Positions 24,905 to 34,306 of a DNA stretch of 64,000 bases are shown piece by piece (positions within the stretch are counted from its first letter, which is position 1; each line of letters begins with the position of its first letter). The notes under the pieces were generated by a model, which made no database searches, had not been told where the DNA came from, and saw only the letters and a list, made by a program, of their open reading frames with translations. The translations under genes were made by a program, and so were the position numbers. The stretch comes from an uncultured Clostridia bacterium (GTDB lineage Bacteria; Bacillota; Clostridia; TANB77; CAG-508), in the NCBI GenBank assembly GCA_947594065.1, contig CANQDX010000003.1, positions 499 to 64,498 of the forward strand. Reading direction: 5' to 3'.

Positions 24905-27900
24905 ATGAGTAAAAACTTAAAATTTAAAATAATAACAATAATGATATTTGCAATATTCTTACTTTTAGTTCCTATGCAAAATATTGTGCAAGCAAGTACA
25001 TTTGAAGATTATGGAAAATATAGTAATTGGAGAGAGTATATTTTCAATAATGTTAATAAGGCAACAAGAGTTGGTGACGATATGGTAATGCAAGATTATG
25101 GAAAAAATAATAAAGATGGTGACTATATATCTACTTTAAGTCTTCTAAATACATATTGTGTTGGACACGGTATAAAACTTCATCAAACCACATATAAATC
25201 AATAAGTAAAAGCGCATTTACCGTTACAGATCCTATATTAGAATACATTTTTGCAAATGGTCCTGCAGGATATGGTGTAACTACAGGAGGTAAGCTAGAA
25301 AGTGAGTATTGGACAGAACCAAGTCAAATAGTTTTATGGCATTATTTATTAAGTAACGCATCTAAAAATTCTTACGATGCCAATATTATGACAAATGGTA
25401 ATCCAGGTGGATACGGTCATAGTTCTTCATATTATGAATGCTGCGATATATTATTCAATAAAGATCATAAAACACTTAAAGAATTAACAGGAAAGTATAA
25501 AGAGTTTTGGGACGCAGCACAAAACTATAAACAAATGGTGAGCCACATTAATGGTCAACCAAAATTAAGTGCAAAACTTGATGGTAATACTTTAAAAGTA
25601 ACAGTAAGTGGCGATTTCACAGATTTTGAACTAAAAATAAACGACCAATCAAAAGGAAAATACACAAAATCTATGGATGAAACCAAAGTAATTACATTTA
25701 ATAATGTTAGTAGCTCTTCATCTATCAAAGTAACAGTAACAGCAGAAAGATATGAATATAATGTAAAATATTATGTATATGTAGATTCTGCAAATAGATA
25801 CCAACCAGTGGTTGTTATAACAGATGTTACTAAAAGAATAGTTACTACATCAACTACAACTACTATTAATAATAAGGTTAATATTTCATTACAAAAACAT
25901 ATTGCAATGGTAAATGATAAAAGATTAACAGTAAATAATTCAGATGAAACTTGGAGAACAAATTTGAAAGCAGAAAGTAGTTCAACAAGTAAAATTCATA
26001 ATGGTAAATTTTATAATGAACACGTAGGCTTATATGATAAAGATGGAGGAAGTAAAGAAGGAATAAAGAAACAATCTCCTGTTGCTATCCAAAAAGGAGA
26101 TATTGTAACCTACTACATACATATTTATAATAATGGTACAGCAACTGCTAATAATATTATTTTAAAAGATACTTTAACCCATTTGGGAAGTACAAATACA
26201 CCTAGTTTCAGTATTGAGAGTGCGTTATTAGAATTTGGTACATATGTAGAACCAGGTTTGTACGATATGTATACACCTTTTAAAGCCACATCTCAAAGAA
26301 ACTTAGGTTATACTAAGAGTGGTAAAACGATGACATTTAATTCATTCTCCTTAAATGGAGGATCTATGGCTCGTTTAACATTAAAGGTAAAAATCAATGA
26401 GCAAATTTACAAGGGAGAACTAATAGAAAATAATGTATATATATCAAATTATACTAACCCAGAGGGCTATAGAACAAGCGACTCAGATTATGTTACAATG
26501 AATGAAATACCAAAAACAAATGTAAGTGTATCTTTACAAAAATATATTGCTGAAGTAAACGGACAAAGTTTAACAGCTGACAACACAGATACTACAAAGA
26601 GATGGAATTTAAGAGCACAATCAAATAGTATAAGCCAAATTTTCAGTACTCGTTTGAAATATACAAGCCCAGAGGGAGATTATGTTGGAACTTCTTATGA
26701 TGAAAGAGGTTATAAAATTCAACACCCTGTTACAATAAAAAATGGTGATGTTGTAACATATTATATATTTGTTTATGTTCACGATAATAGCTATGTTGCA
26801 AATGATATTATTGTAAAAGATCAATTAACTCATAGAAACAGTGATTCAAGTCCATCTTATATTATACAAGAACAACCTATTATTGAGTACAGTTATGATG
26901 GAAATAGTTCTTTTGATGATGCAAGTCCGCTAGGATTTAATATAAGCAATAATATGATTACATTTAGTCCATTTAATTTAAATAATAAAGCAGCTCGTAT
27001 TACATTAAAAGTAAAAATAAATGAACAAATTCCAGCAGGAGATATGATAGAAAACAAAGCATATATATATGATACAGACCCAGAAAATAATACAACATTT
27101 AGAACCGAAGACGCAGATTATGTAAAAATGATTGAACAAGATACTCCAAAAACAAACGTATCTTTACAAAAATATATTGCACAAGTAAATAATCAAAATT
27201 TAACAGCAAGTAATACATCAGTTCAAAATAGATGGAATTTGAAAGATGAACAAGGCAGCATAGACCAAATTTTTGATGGAAACATATTTAAGAACCCAGC
27301 TGGATTGCAATATAGTACATCTTATAGAGATTTAAAGAGCAAAAATGCTGTTAAGATTATAAAAGGAGATACAGTAACTTATTATATCTATGTTTATAAT
27401 AATAGTGAAAATAAAACAAATCTTTATGTAACAGATATATTAGGATTTGTATCTTTACAAAATAATCTTTCAGATAATGATTATACTATAATTAATAGCA
27501 CAATAGAGTTTGGCAGCGATGGATTTAACTTCAGTAATGGCAAGGAGCTTACATATGATAAAAATGGAAATAAAATAGAATTTGATACATTCGATTTGGA
27601 AGGTAAAACAGCTGCTCGTATAACATTAAAAGTTAGATTTGATACAGATATTTCTGATAAGGGAGTTTTAAGAAATTATGCTTGTATCAGTTACACTAGC
27701 CCAGAAAATAATACAACTTATAGAACAGAAGATGCAGACTATATTGAAATGGTAAAAGAATTCAAAGTAAGTTTGGAAAAATATATTTCTTCTGTACATA
27801 ACGATAAAGGCGTAAATGTACCTATTAATTCAAGAAGCGGTTTAGAAGAATATAAAACAGAAAGAAATGGTAGATTAGTAGACGAAACGGATAAAGATAC

Positions 27901-30900
27901 TGATTGGACACAACATAACAAGAGAAAAGAGCTTTCACCAGTAACAGTAGGAAATGGATATTATATTACTTATACAATTATAGTAAGAAATGATGGAATT
28001 TGCCCAATAACAGTTAGCAAAATTATAGATAGTTTACCAGAAGGAATTTCTTACTATAAAGACGGTGGATATTCTGCAACATTAAGTGATTATACAGCAA
28101 GACCAAGTGGTGGTGATATTACAATAACAAGAACCGGTGCAACATTGTTAAAACCAGGAGGTAGCACATCTGTATTACTTACTGTTGTTGTAAGCGAATC
28201 TAACCTTTCTATGAGGGTATTGAAAAATACAGCTAAAATTACAGAACTTAAAGATGGAAATGACATATTAGTTGCAGATAAGTATGATATGACACCATAT
28301 AATAACCAAGACTCTGATTATTTCCAAATGAACTTAATGCTACCAGTTGGAATTAGAGGAATGGTATGGAATGATAAAGCATTAAATAAACAACAAGATA
28401 ATTACAATGGAATATATGATGCAGACAAGGAAAATAAATTAGGCGGAATTAAAGTTTACTTATATAGAGAAGGAGAAAATGGATTTGTAGCTACTACAAC
28501 AACAGATTCAGACGGAAATTACGAATTTACAAATATTCCAGGACGTAACAGAGTAACAGGAGATTTCTATTCATACTATGTAGTATTCGAATATGATGGT
28601 ATTACTTATACACCAACTGTTTATGCAGAAGCGATAACATCAAAAGATATAGAACATACATCAAATGCACAAGAAAAATTAAATAGTAATGATAGTTTTG
28701 ACGGAAGAGTAAATAAAGCAAGAACAACATTTAATAATGAATTTGGTACAATAAATAATTCTACTAAGGAAATTAAATATACAACACAAAACGAAGATGG
28801 CTGGACACCAGAGTCACATCATATCTATAATTCAAATATGGCAATTCAAGCTTCAACTAGAAAAATTACAATAAGAGATAATGATAGCGATTTAATGGCA
28901 AAATTACAACACATCGACTTAGGATTAAGAGGTAGAGATATAGTAGACTTACAATTAACATCAGATGTATATTCTACAAGGGTAACAGTAAATGGTGTAG
29001 ATGGAGCATATAAATTCAATAGCAACCAAGTTACAGTAAGACAAGAAGATATAGGTATAAAACCAGATGCAGCAAACTTTGGACGTGAAGAATTAATACC
29101 TTCTATATCAGAAGTAAATCAAGAAATCAGAAAAACAGATATTAAAAATTCTCAATATGATCATACAGGTTTAAAAATACAAGTAACATATAAATTAACT
29201 ATTAAAAATGCATCTGTAACAACTGCAAAAGCAAATATTATTACAGATTACTTCGATAACAAGTATGATTTTGTAGAAGCATATTACCTAAACGGAAATA
29301 CTAAATCTACATTAAATACATCAACTGGAACAAGCGGAAATGGATATAAATCTGTAGCAATCACAACTCCAAACAGCTGGTTAAATCAAAATGCATTAAT
29401 GGATATATACTTAGTTCTTGATTTAAAAGATGCAGAAACAGTTTTACAACAAATAGTAAATAGTGGAGTAGGAAACTTACCTACATTCAACATTGCAGAA
29501 ATAACAGAATACTCAACAACAGTAACAAGCGGTGGAACAGAGTTTACAAGAGGCTTAATAGATAAAGACTCAGCACCAGGAAGTATAGATAGAGAGCAAG
29601 CAAGATTAACAACAACATTATGGAGTACACCTACAGAAGGTGGAAATCCAACAACATTAGGTTACTATTATGGAAAAGCAATTGAATATTTAAATGACAG
29701 AAGCAAAACAGAAATAAATAACCTAAAATGTGAAGACGATACAACTACATCACCAGTTCTATACTTTACAGCTTCCGGAAATAACAGAACAATAAGCGGA
29801 ACAGTATTTAGAGATAACACAAAAACTGATGCTACAACAAGAATAAAAACCGGAAATGGAAAATTAGATAATGGCGAAGTAGGAGTATATGGAGCAACAG
29901 TAGAATTAATAGAATTAGTAGGAAATGACCAAAAAGTAAGAAGTAAAGTAACAACAGGAACAGACGGAAAATACACATTCTCAGGATTCTTACCAGGTAA
30001 CTATATTATAAGATATCATTATGGTGATACAACAAATACTGTATTATTAAATCAAGCAGGTCCAGACATTAATAAATATTCATATAACGGAGAAGATTAC
30101 CAAGCAACAAATAATACAGGAACGTACGGAGCATCTAAATTAGATACTACACCAGACTTCTGGTATGTATATAACGAAAACCAAGGTGTATCAACAGCTA
30201 CAGATAGTATAAGCAGAAGAAATACTGTAAGTGCAAATGTAACAAACTTTACAGATGAGCAAATGACAGTATTAAATAATATAAGAGACGGTAAAAATGC
30301 TGAAGATGCAAAAGTAACTTACACAAAGGCCGATGGTACTACAGAAACTATTACTGTACAAGACATTATAGATAAAACAAATATGGAATCTAACACACCT
30401 TCATTCCGAATCACAGTTGAAAAAACAGAAATTACAAGTGGAGGCTTACAAGAAAAAGCAGCATTTAGTCCATACACTGTAACAAATATGAACTTTGGTG
30501 TAGCAGAAGTACCAGTAACAACAATTAATTTAACAAAACAAATAAAAGAATTCTCAATAATTGACTCTGCAGGCGAAAATGTAATGGCAAAAGCAACTAG
30601 AAAAGCAAATGGTGATTGGGATATTCCGGAGGCAGACAGCGATGTACTTATATTACCAGGTAAGGGATTAGATGTAAGTGTTATAGATGAGAGATTACAA
30701 GGTGCAAGATTAACAGTAACATATACAATTACTTCAACTATCTCATTAGAGAAAAACTTCAACAACGGAAATGCGGTTGTACCAACAATTACAGGAATGG
30801 TAGACTTTATCGATAACGACTTATCATATAATCCAGATTTGGGAAACAACAATACTTATTGGGAATCAGTAACATTTGATGATGTAAGAAATATATTTGC

Positions 30901-31381
30901 ACAAGCTAAGTATAAAAATGGAAGTGTTCCAAAAGGAACAGTTGATCCAGACGGAACTAAATTCCAGACAATTGTAAAAGCAAAATCATCTAACCCAATA
31001 CTAACACCAACAAACGGAACAGCAACAACAGAAATAACATTAGAAAAAGTATTATCATCAACAGATTCAACATTCCAAGAAATTGTAACAAGTGCAGTAG
31101 ATGGTTATGAATACAACAACACAGTAGAAATAACAGGTTTGGACTATAAGAATGTTACAGATGACGGAACAGAGCCACAAAGAGATAGAGTAAGAATACC
31201 AACAAGATATATTATTCTACCAGGCGTACAACACGATAGTGCTACATCAGACACAATTAATATTCACCCAAAACTAGGAGATAGCAGTATGATGATAACT
31301 TACTATGTAATTGCAGCAGTTTCATTAGTTGTATTAGCAGGAGGAATCTTCATTATCAAAAAATATGTAATTGCAAAATAA
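24905..31381 (+). CDS. Giant surface adhesin B2 (paralog of B1; divergent N-terminal Cys/Gln domain, 3+1 repeats)
   Basis: 2158-aa ORF starting 20 nt after A2. TYCVGHG (Cys85) and EPSQIVLWHY (Gln141). The C-terminal ~1200 aa are highly similar to B1, with the same HPKLGD tail. Confidence 0.85.
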   Translation: MSKNLKFKIITIMIFAIFLLLVPMQNIVQASTFEDYGKYSNWREYIFNNVNKATRVGDDMVMQDYGKNNKDGDYISTLSLLNTYCVGHGIKLHQTTYKSISKSAFTVTDPILEYIFANGPAGYGVTTGGKLESEYWTEPSQIVLWHYLLSNASKNSYDANIMTNGNPGGYGHSSSYYECCDILFNKDHKTLKELTGKYKEFWDAAQNYKQMVSHINGQPKLSAKLDGNTLKVTVSGDFTDFELKINDQSKGKYTKSMDETKVITFNNVSSSSSIKVTVTAERYEYNVKYYVYVDSANRYQPVVVITDVTKRIVTTSTTTTINNKVNISLQKHIAMVNDKRLTVNNSDETWRTNLKAESSSTSKIHNGKFYNEHVGLYDKDGGSKEGIKKQSPVAIQKGDIVTYYIHIYNNGTATANNIILKDTLTHLGSTNTPSFSIESALLEFGTYVEPGLYDMYTPFKATSQRNLGYTKSGKTMTFNSFSLNGGSMARLTLKVKINEQIYKGELIENNVYISNYTNPEGYRTSDSDYVTMNEIPKTNVSVSLQKYIAEVNGQSLTADNTDTTKRWNLRAQSNSISQIFSTRLKYTSPEGDYVGTSYDERGYKIQHPVTIKNGDVVTYYIFVYVHDNSYVANDIIVKDQLTHRNSDSSPSYIIQEQPIIEYSYDGNSSFDDASPLGFNISNNMITFSPFNLNNKAARITLKVKINEQIPAGDMIENKAYIYDTDPENNTTFRTEDADYVKMIEQDTPKTNVSLQKYIAQVNNQNLTASNTSVQNRWNLKDEQGSIDQIFDGNIFKNPAGLQYSTSYRDLKSKNAVKIIKGDTVTYYIYVYNNSENKTNLYVTDILGFVSLQNNLSDNDYTIINSTIEFGSDGFNFSNGKELTYDKNGNKIEFDTFDLEGKTAARITLKVRFDTDISDKGVLRNYACISYTSPENNTTYRTEDADYIEMVKEFKVSLEKYISSVHNDKGVNVPINSRSGLEEYKTERNGRLVDETDKDTDWTQHNKRKELSPVTVGNGYYITYTIIVRNDGICPITVSKIIDSLPEGISYYKDGGYSATLSDYTARPSGGDITITRTGATLLKPGGSTSVLLTVVVSESNLSMRVLKNTAKITELKDGNDILVADKYDMTPYNNQDSDYFQMNLMLPVGIRGMVWNDKALNKQQDNYNGIYDADKENKLGGIKVYLYREGENGFVATTTTDSDGNYEFTNIPGRNRVTGDFYSYYVVFEYDGITYTPTVYAEAITSKDIEHTSNAQEKLNSNDSFDGRVNKARTTFNNEFGTINNSTKEIKYTTQNEDGWTPESHHIYNSNMAIQASTRKITIRDNDSDLMAKLQHIDLGLRGRDIVDLQLTSDVYSTRVTVNGVDGAYKFNSNQVTVRQEDIGIKPDAANFGREELIPSISEVNQEIRKTDIKNSQYDHTGLKIQVTYKLTIKNASVTTAKANIITDYFDNKYDFVEAYYLNGNTKSTLNTSTGTSGNGYKSVAITTPNSWLNQNALMDIYLVLDLKDAETVLQQIVNSGVGNLPTFNIAEITEYSTTVTSGGTEFTRGLIDKDSAPGSIDREQARLTTTLWSTPTEGGNPTTLGYYYGKAIEYLNDRSKTEINNLKCEDDTTTSPVLYFTASGNNRTISGTVFRDNTKTDATTRIKTGNGKLDNGEVGVYGATVELIELVGNDQKVRSKVTTGTDGKYTFSGFLPGNYIIRYHYGDTTNTVLLNQAGPDINKYSYNGEDYQATNNTGTYGASKLDTTPDFWYVYNENQGVSTATDSISRRNTVSANVTNFTDEQMTVLNNIRDGKNAEDAKVTYTKADGTTETITVQDIIDKTNMESNTPSFRITVEKTEITSGGLQEKAAFSPYTVTNMNFGVAEVPVTTINLTKQIKEFSIIDSAGENVMAKATRKANGDWDIPEADSDVLILPGKGLDVSVIDERLQGARLTVTYTITSTISLEKNFNNGNAVVPTITGMVDFIDNDLSYNPDLGNNNTYWESVTFDDVRNIFAQAKYKNGSVPKGTVDPDGTKFQTIVKAKSSNPILTPTNGTATTEITLEKVLSSTDSTFQEIVTSAVDGYEYNNTVEITGLDYKNVTDDGTEPQRDRVRIPTRYIILPGVQHDSATSDTINIHPKLGDSSMMITYYVIAAVSLVVLAGGIFIIKKYVIAK
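25880..28335 (+). repeat. Tandem array of four Ig-like domain repeats in B2
   Basis: Repeat starts at 25880 (NISLQKHI), 26519 (NVSVSLQKYI), 27155 (NVSLQKYI) and 27764 (KVSLEKYISSV). Confidence 0.9.
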
Positions 31382-31388
31382 GTAAATT

Positions 31389-31432
31389 AGAATGACCTTA
31401 AAAGGAATAACCTTTTAAGGTCATTCCTTTAA
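31389..31432 (+). terminator. Terminator after B2
   Basis: GAATGACCTTAAAAGG AATAA CCTTTTAAGGTCATTC, homologous to the B1 terminator. Confidence 0.8.
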
Positions 31433-31476
31433 AATAAGGAAAATTTTTGAATTTTCTTATTTGTTCATAAAATGTA

Positions 31477-31505
31477 TTTAAAATGTTAAAAATTCGTGTT
31501 ATAAT
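31477..31505 (+). promoter_or_regulatory. Candidate sortase promoter (extended -10)
   Basis: TGtTATAAT at 31497-31505; weak -35 TTTAAA at 31477-31482. Confidence 0.4.
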
Positions 31506-31525
31506 AGATATGAAGGAGATAAAAG

Positions 31526-32326
31526 ATGAATCAGATATTAGTATGCGAAAAAATATATGTAACACCAGAATTAAAAAGAAAAAAGAAACTATATAAATTC
31601 AACTTTATAGCTTCTATTTTTCTTGTTATTGTTTTATTTGGTTATTATGTATATGCTGAATATGATAGAAATTCATCTGACAAGTCTAAAGAAATTCTTT
31701 CACAGCTAGAGGTAGTAGAAACTCCTGTAGATGTTGGACAAATAGATTCTACAGTAAAATTACAAGATGATGTACTAGTGGTAGTGCTAGATGATACACA
31801 AGAAGATACTTCAGAATCAACAGAAGTAAATTTGGAAGAATTAATAGAAGCAAACAAAAGAGCAGAATCTAAAATAGATACAAAATATTATCAAACCAAA
31901 AGTGGAGAAAGTTATACAACTGTAGCAGTAATAGAAATACCAAAAATAAATGTTACTTATCCTGTTATTTATAGTAAAAATACAAGTGCTGAAACAACAG
32001 AGGAATTATTAAAAATTTCAGTAGTAAAATATTGGGGACCTGAACCAAATGAGCAAGGTAATTTCTGTATTGTAGGGCATAATTACCATAATAAAAAATT
32101 TTTCAGTAAAGCATCTACCTTGAAAAAGGGAGACAGTATTTATTTAACAGGTACTAACAACGAAACTTTAGAGTATAAGGTGTATGATAATTATGTTGTA
32201 GAGCCTAATAATTTAAAATGTACCAGTCAATTAACAAATGGTCAAACAGAACTTACTTTAATCACTTGCACAATGACAGGAAAGCAAAGAACAATTATTA
32301 AAGCAAGAGCGGTCAGTGCAAACTAA
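31526..32326 (+). CDS. Sortase-family transpeptidase (N-terminal TM anchor, acidic spacer, TLITC active site)
   Basis: FCIVGHNY (His185), TELTLITCT (Cys248), GKQRTIIKA (Arg255). No C-terminal TM segment and no obvious DP[WFY] lid. Confidence 0.85.
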   Translation: MNQILVCEKIYVTPELKRKKKLYKFNFIASIFLVIVLFGYYVYAEYDRNSSDKSKEILSQLEVVETPVDVGQIDSTVKLQDDVLVVVLDDTQEDTSESTEVNLEELIEANKRAESKIDTKYYQTKSGESYTTVAVIEIPKINVTYPVIYSKNTSAETTEELLKISVVKYWGPEPNEQGNFCIVGHNYHNKKFFSKASTLKKGDSIYLTGTNNETLEYKVYDNYVVEPNNLKCTSQLTNGQTELTLITCTMTGKQRTIIKARAVSAN

Positions 32327-32365
32327 TTTAACTAATAACTTGGTAATTTCTAGTAAATTGAATAT

Positions 32366-32394
32366 TTGATTGAAAACCTTCTTAGTGTTATGTT
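32366..32394 (+). promoter_or_regulatory. Candidate autolysin promoter
   Basis: TTGATT 32366-32371, 17-nt spacer, TGt TATGTT 32386-32394. Overlaps a perfect 14-bp palindrome at 32388-32401. Confidence 0.4.
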
Positions 32395-32419
32395 AACATA
32401 ATATTAAGGAGGTTTTTGT

Positions 32420-34213
32420 ATGAATAATAAAATAAGTCTAAGATTAGTATCACTCATTATTTGCATCATAATGATGACTACATTTATGATGCCAGCTGTA
32501 GTGAATGCATCTAGCTTATCCGATTCTGCTAAAAAAACAGTATTAAAAACAGTAAATGATATAGAAAAATATATAGATGAAAATAAATATCCTGGTTATA
32601 AGGAAAAATTAGTTGCATTAAAAAAAGCGAATCCTAACTGGAAATTTACTTTATATTATACAGGATTAAATTGGGAAACTGTTGTATATAACGAAGCAAA
32701 GGGATTACATAGCAGAAGCTTAGTACAAGGTAAAACAGGAGAATGGTTATGCGAGAATTGTGGAACAAAAGTATATGATGCAGGTGGTTGGATGTGTGCT
32801 TCAGAAAAGGCTGTAAGTTATTTAATGGATGTGAGAAATTATTTAACAGCAAGTTACATATTTCAGTTTGAAGAACTATCTTATAATAAAGATACATACA
32901 CAATCGATGGCATAGAAAAAGTATTAAATGGAACATTTATGTATAAAAAAAGCATAAGAGATTATTATAATAATTCTAAATTTGAAGATATTACATTTTC
33001 AAAAGCAATTATGGAAGCAGCAAATCAAAGTGGGGTAAGCCCTTATTATTTAGCCGCAAGAATTAGACAAGAAATTGGTGTAAATGGATCTAACTCTATT
33101 TATGGAACATATAAAGGATATGAAGGATACTACAATTTTTATAACATTGGTGCTACAAGTGGAAGTGACCCAATTGCAAATGGATTAAAATATGCTTCTA
33201 ATACAAGCGTAGGAAAATACTTATTACCTTGGAATGATCCTATAAAAGCAATTAAAGGTGGAGCAATATGGATTGCAACAAATTATATTGCAGTAGGTCA
33301 AGATACATTATATTTCCAAAAATTTGATGTTGTACAAAATGGAACAGCATTTTATAATCACCAATATATGCAAAATATCTTTGCTGCCAAAAACGAAGGA
33401 TATACGACATATAATGCATATAGTAAATTAGGACTATTAGATAATAATTACAACTTTATAATACCAGTATACGAAAAAATGCCAAAGGCAGTATCTACAG
33501 AACCTAAAAATACTGTAACAAGCGAACAAATGAAAGTAACAGAAAATAATGTAATGCTTAGAGAAGAGCCAACAACTTCTAGCGCAAGATTAGCTGTTTT
33601 AAAGAAAGATACAGTTTTAACTAGACTAGAGGCGAAAGTGGCAACTGCAAACGGATATAGTTGGGATAAGGTAAGATTATCAAATGGAACAGTAGGTTAT
33701 GTAGCAACTAACTATCTAAGCGCTGTAAAAGCAAATTCATCAAGTAGTTCTTCAAGCACAAGTTCATCAGAAAAAGTAAAAGTAAATGCAAGTAATGTAA
33801 ATGTAAGAAAAAGTGCAACTACATCTAGTAGCAAAATAACAACATTAGCTAAAAATACTGTTGTAACAAGATTACAAAAGAATGTAGCATATAAAAATGG
33901 CTACTACTGGGATAAGATACAATTATCAAATGGCAAAACAGGTTATATGGCATCTAAATATTTAACGGTTGTAAGTTCTTCATCTAGCAGTAATAGCAGT
34001 TCATCATCAGGCGAAAAAGTTAAAATAAATGCAAGTAGAGTAAATGTAAGAAAGAGTGCAACAACATCTAGTGGAGTAATAAAAACACTTTCAAAAAATA
34101 CAGTAGTAACAAGATTACAAAAGAAAGTAGCATATAAAAACGGTTACTACTGGGACAAAGTAAAGTTATCTGATGGAAAAATAGGATATATTGCTTCAAA
34201 ATATTTATCATAA
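32420..34213 (+). CDS. Secreted peptidoglycan hydrolase: GH73 N-acetylglucosaminidase-type domain + three SH3b domains with poly-Ser linkers
   Basis: Signal peptide. AIMEAANQSGVSPYYLAARIRQEIGV...YNFYNIGA (glucosaminidase motif). Three SH3b-like units (...NGYSWDKVRLSNGTVGYV; ...NGYYWDKIQLSNGKTGYM; ...NGYYWDKVKLSDGKIGYI). Confidence 0.85.
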   Translation: MNNKISLRLVSLIICIIMMTTFMMPAVVNASSLSDSAKKTVLKTVNDIEKYIDENKYPGYKEKLVALKKANPNWKFTLYYTGLNWETVVYNEAKGLHSRSLVQGKTGEWLCENCGTKVYDAGGWMCASEKAVSYLMDVRNYLTASYIFQFEELSYNKDTYTIDGIEKVLNGTFMYKKSIRDYYNNSKFEDITFSKAIMEAANQSGVSPYYLAARIRQEIGVNGSNSIYGTYKGYEGYYNFYNIGATSGSDPIANGLKYASNTSVGKYLLPWNDPIKAIKGGAIWIATNYIAVGQDTLYFQKFDVVQNGTAFYNHQYMQNIFAAKNEGYTTYNAYSKLGLLDNNYNFIIPVYEKMPKAVSTEPKNTVTSEQMKVTENNVMLREEPTTSSARLAVLKKDTVLTRLEAKVATANGYSWDKVRLSNGTVGYVATNYLSAVKANSSSSSSSTSSSEKVKVNASNVNVRKSATTSSSKITTLAKNTVVTRLQKNVAYKNGYYWDKIQLSNGKTGYMASKYLTVVSSSSSSNSSSSSGEKVKINASRVNVRKSATTSSGVIKTLSKNTVVTRLQKKVAYKNGYYWDKVKLSDGKIGYIASKYLS

Positions 34214-34240
34214 TGAAAAACAAACGCATATAATATTTTG

Positions 34241-34290
34241 AAGGGGAACCAAAAAGGGTCAGACCCTTTTGGGTTCCCCTTATTTTTTCT
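34241..34290 (+). terminator. Terminator after the autolysin gene
   Basis: AAGGGGAACC..AAAGGGTC AGA GACCCTTTT..GGGTTCCCCTT followed by a T-run. Confidence 0.85.
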
Positions 34291-34306
34291 TTTTGGAGGT
34301 ACTTTT

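Larger units (their letters stand above)
20031..31432 (+). repeat. Tandem duplication unit 2 (rsmA relic + promoter region + A2 + B2 + terminator)
   Basis: See unit 1. It is shorter mainly because B2 has three fewer domain repeats. Confidence 0.8.

Noticed and set aside
30319-30852. 177-aa minus-strand ORF inside B2, and similar antisense ORFs inside A/B genes (7281-7547, 8401-8670, 11287-11679, 21518-21787, 24437-24769, 29668-29976).
   Set aside because: They lie fully antisense within long, clearly coding ORFs. They have low-complexity, hydrophobic composition typical of the reverse frame of AT-rich genes, no RBS, and are duplicated only because the host genes are.
31526-32326. Reading the island as a classical sortase-assembled pilus with a class C pilin polymerase.
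   Set aside because: The sortase has no C-terminal TM segment and no evident DP[WFY] lid. I found no YPKN pilin motif or E-box in the A or B proteins.
6923-34290. The island considered as a mobile genetic element, prophage or ICE.
   Set aside because: It has no integrase, transposase, relaxase or phage genes, no flanking tRNA or att-like direct repeats, and no visible composition shift. The only repeats are those of the internal tandem duplication.
34238-34306. N-terminal extension of dapA (MKGNQKGSDPFGFPLFFLFGGTF).
   Set aside because: It is the translation of the autolysin terminator hairpin. DapA homology starts at MKDVIFKG after GGAGG.
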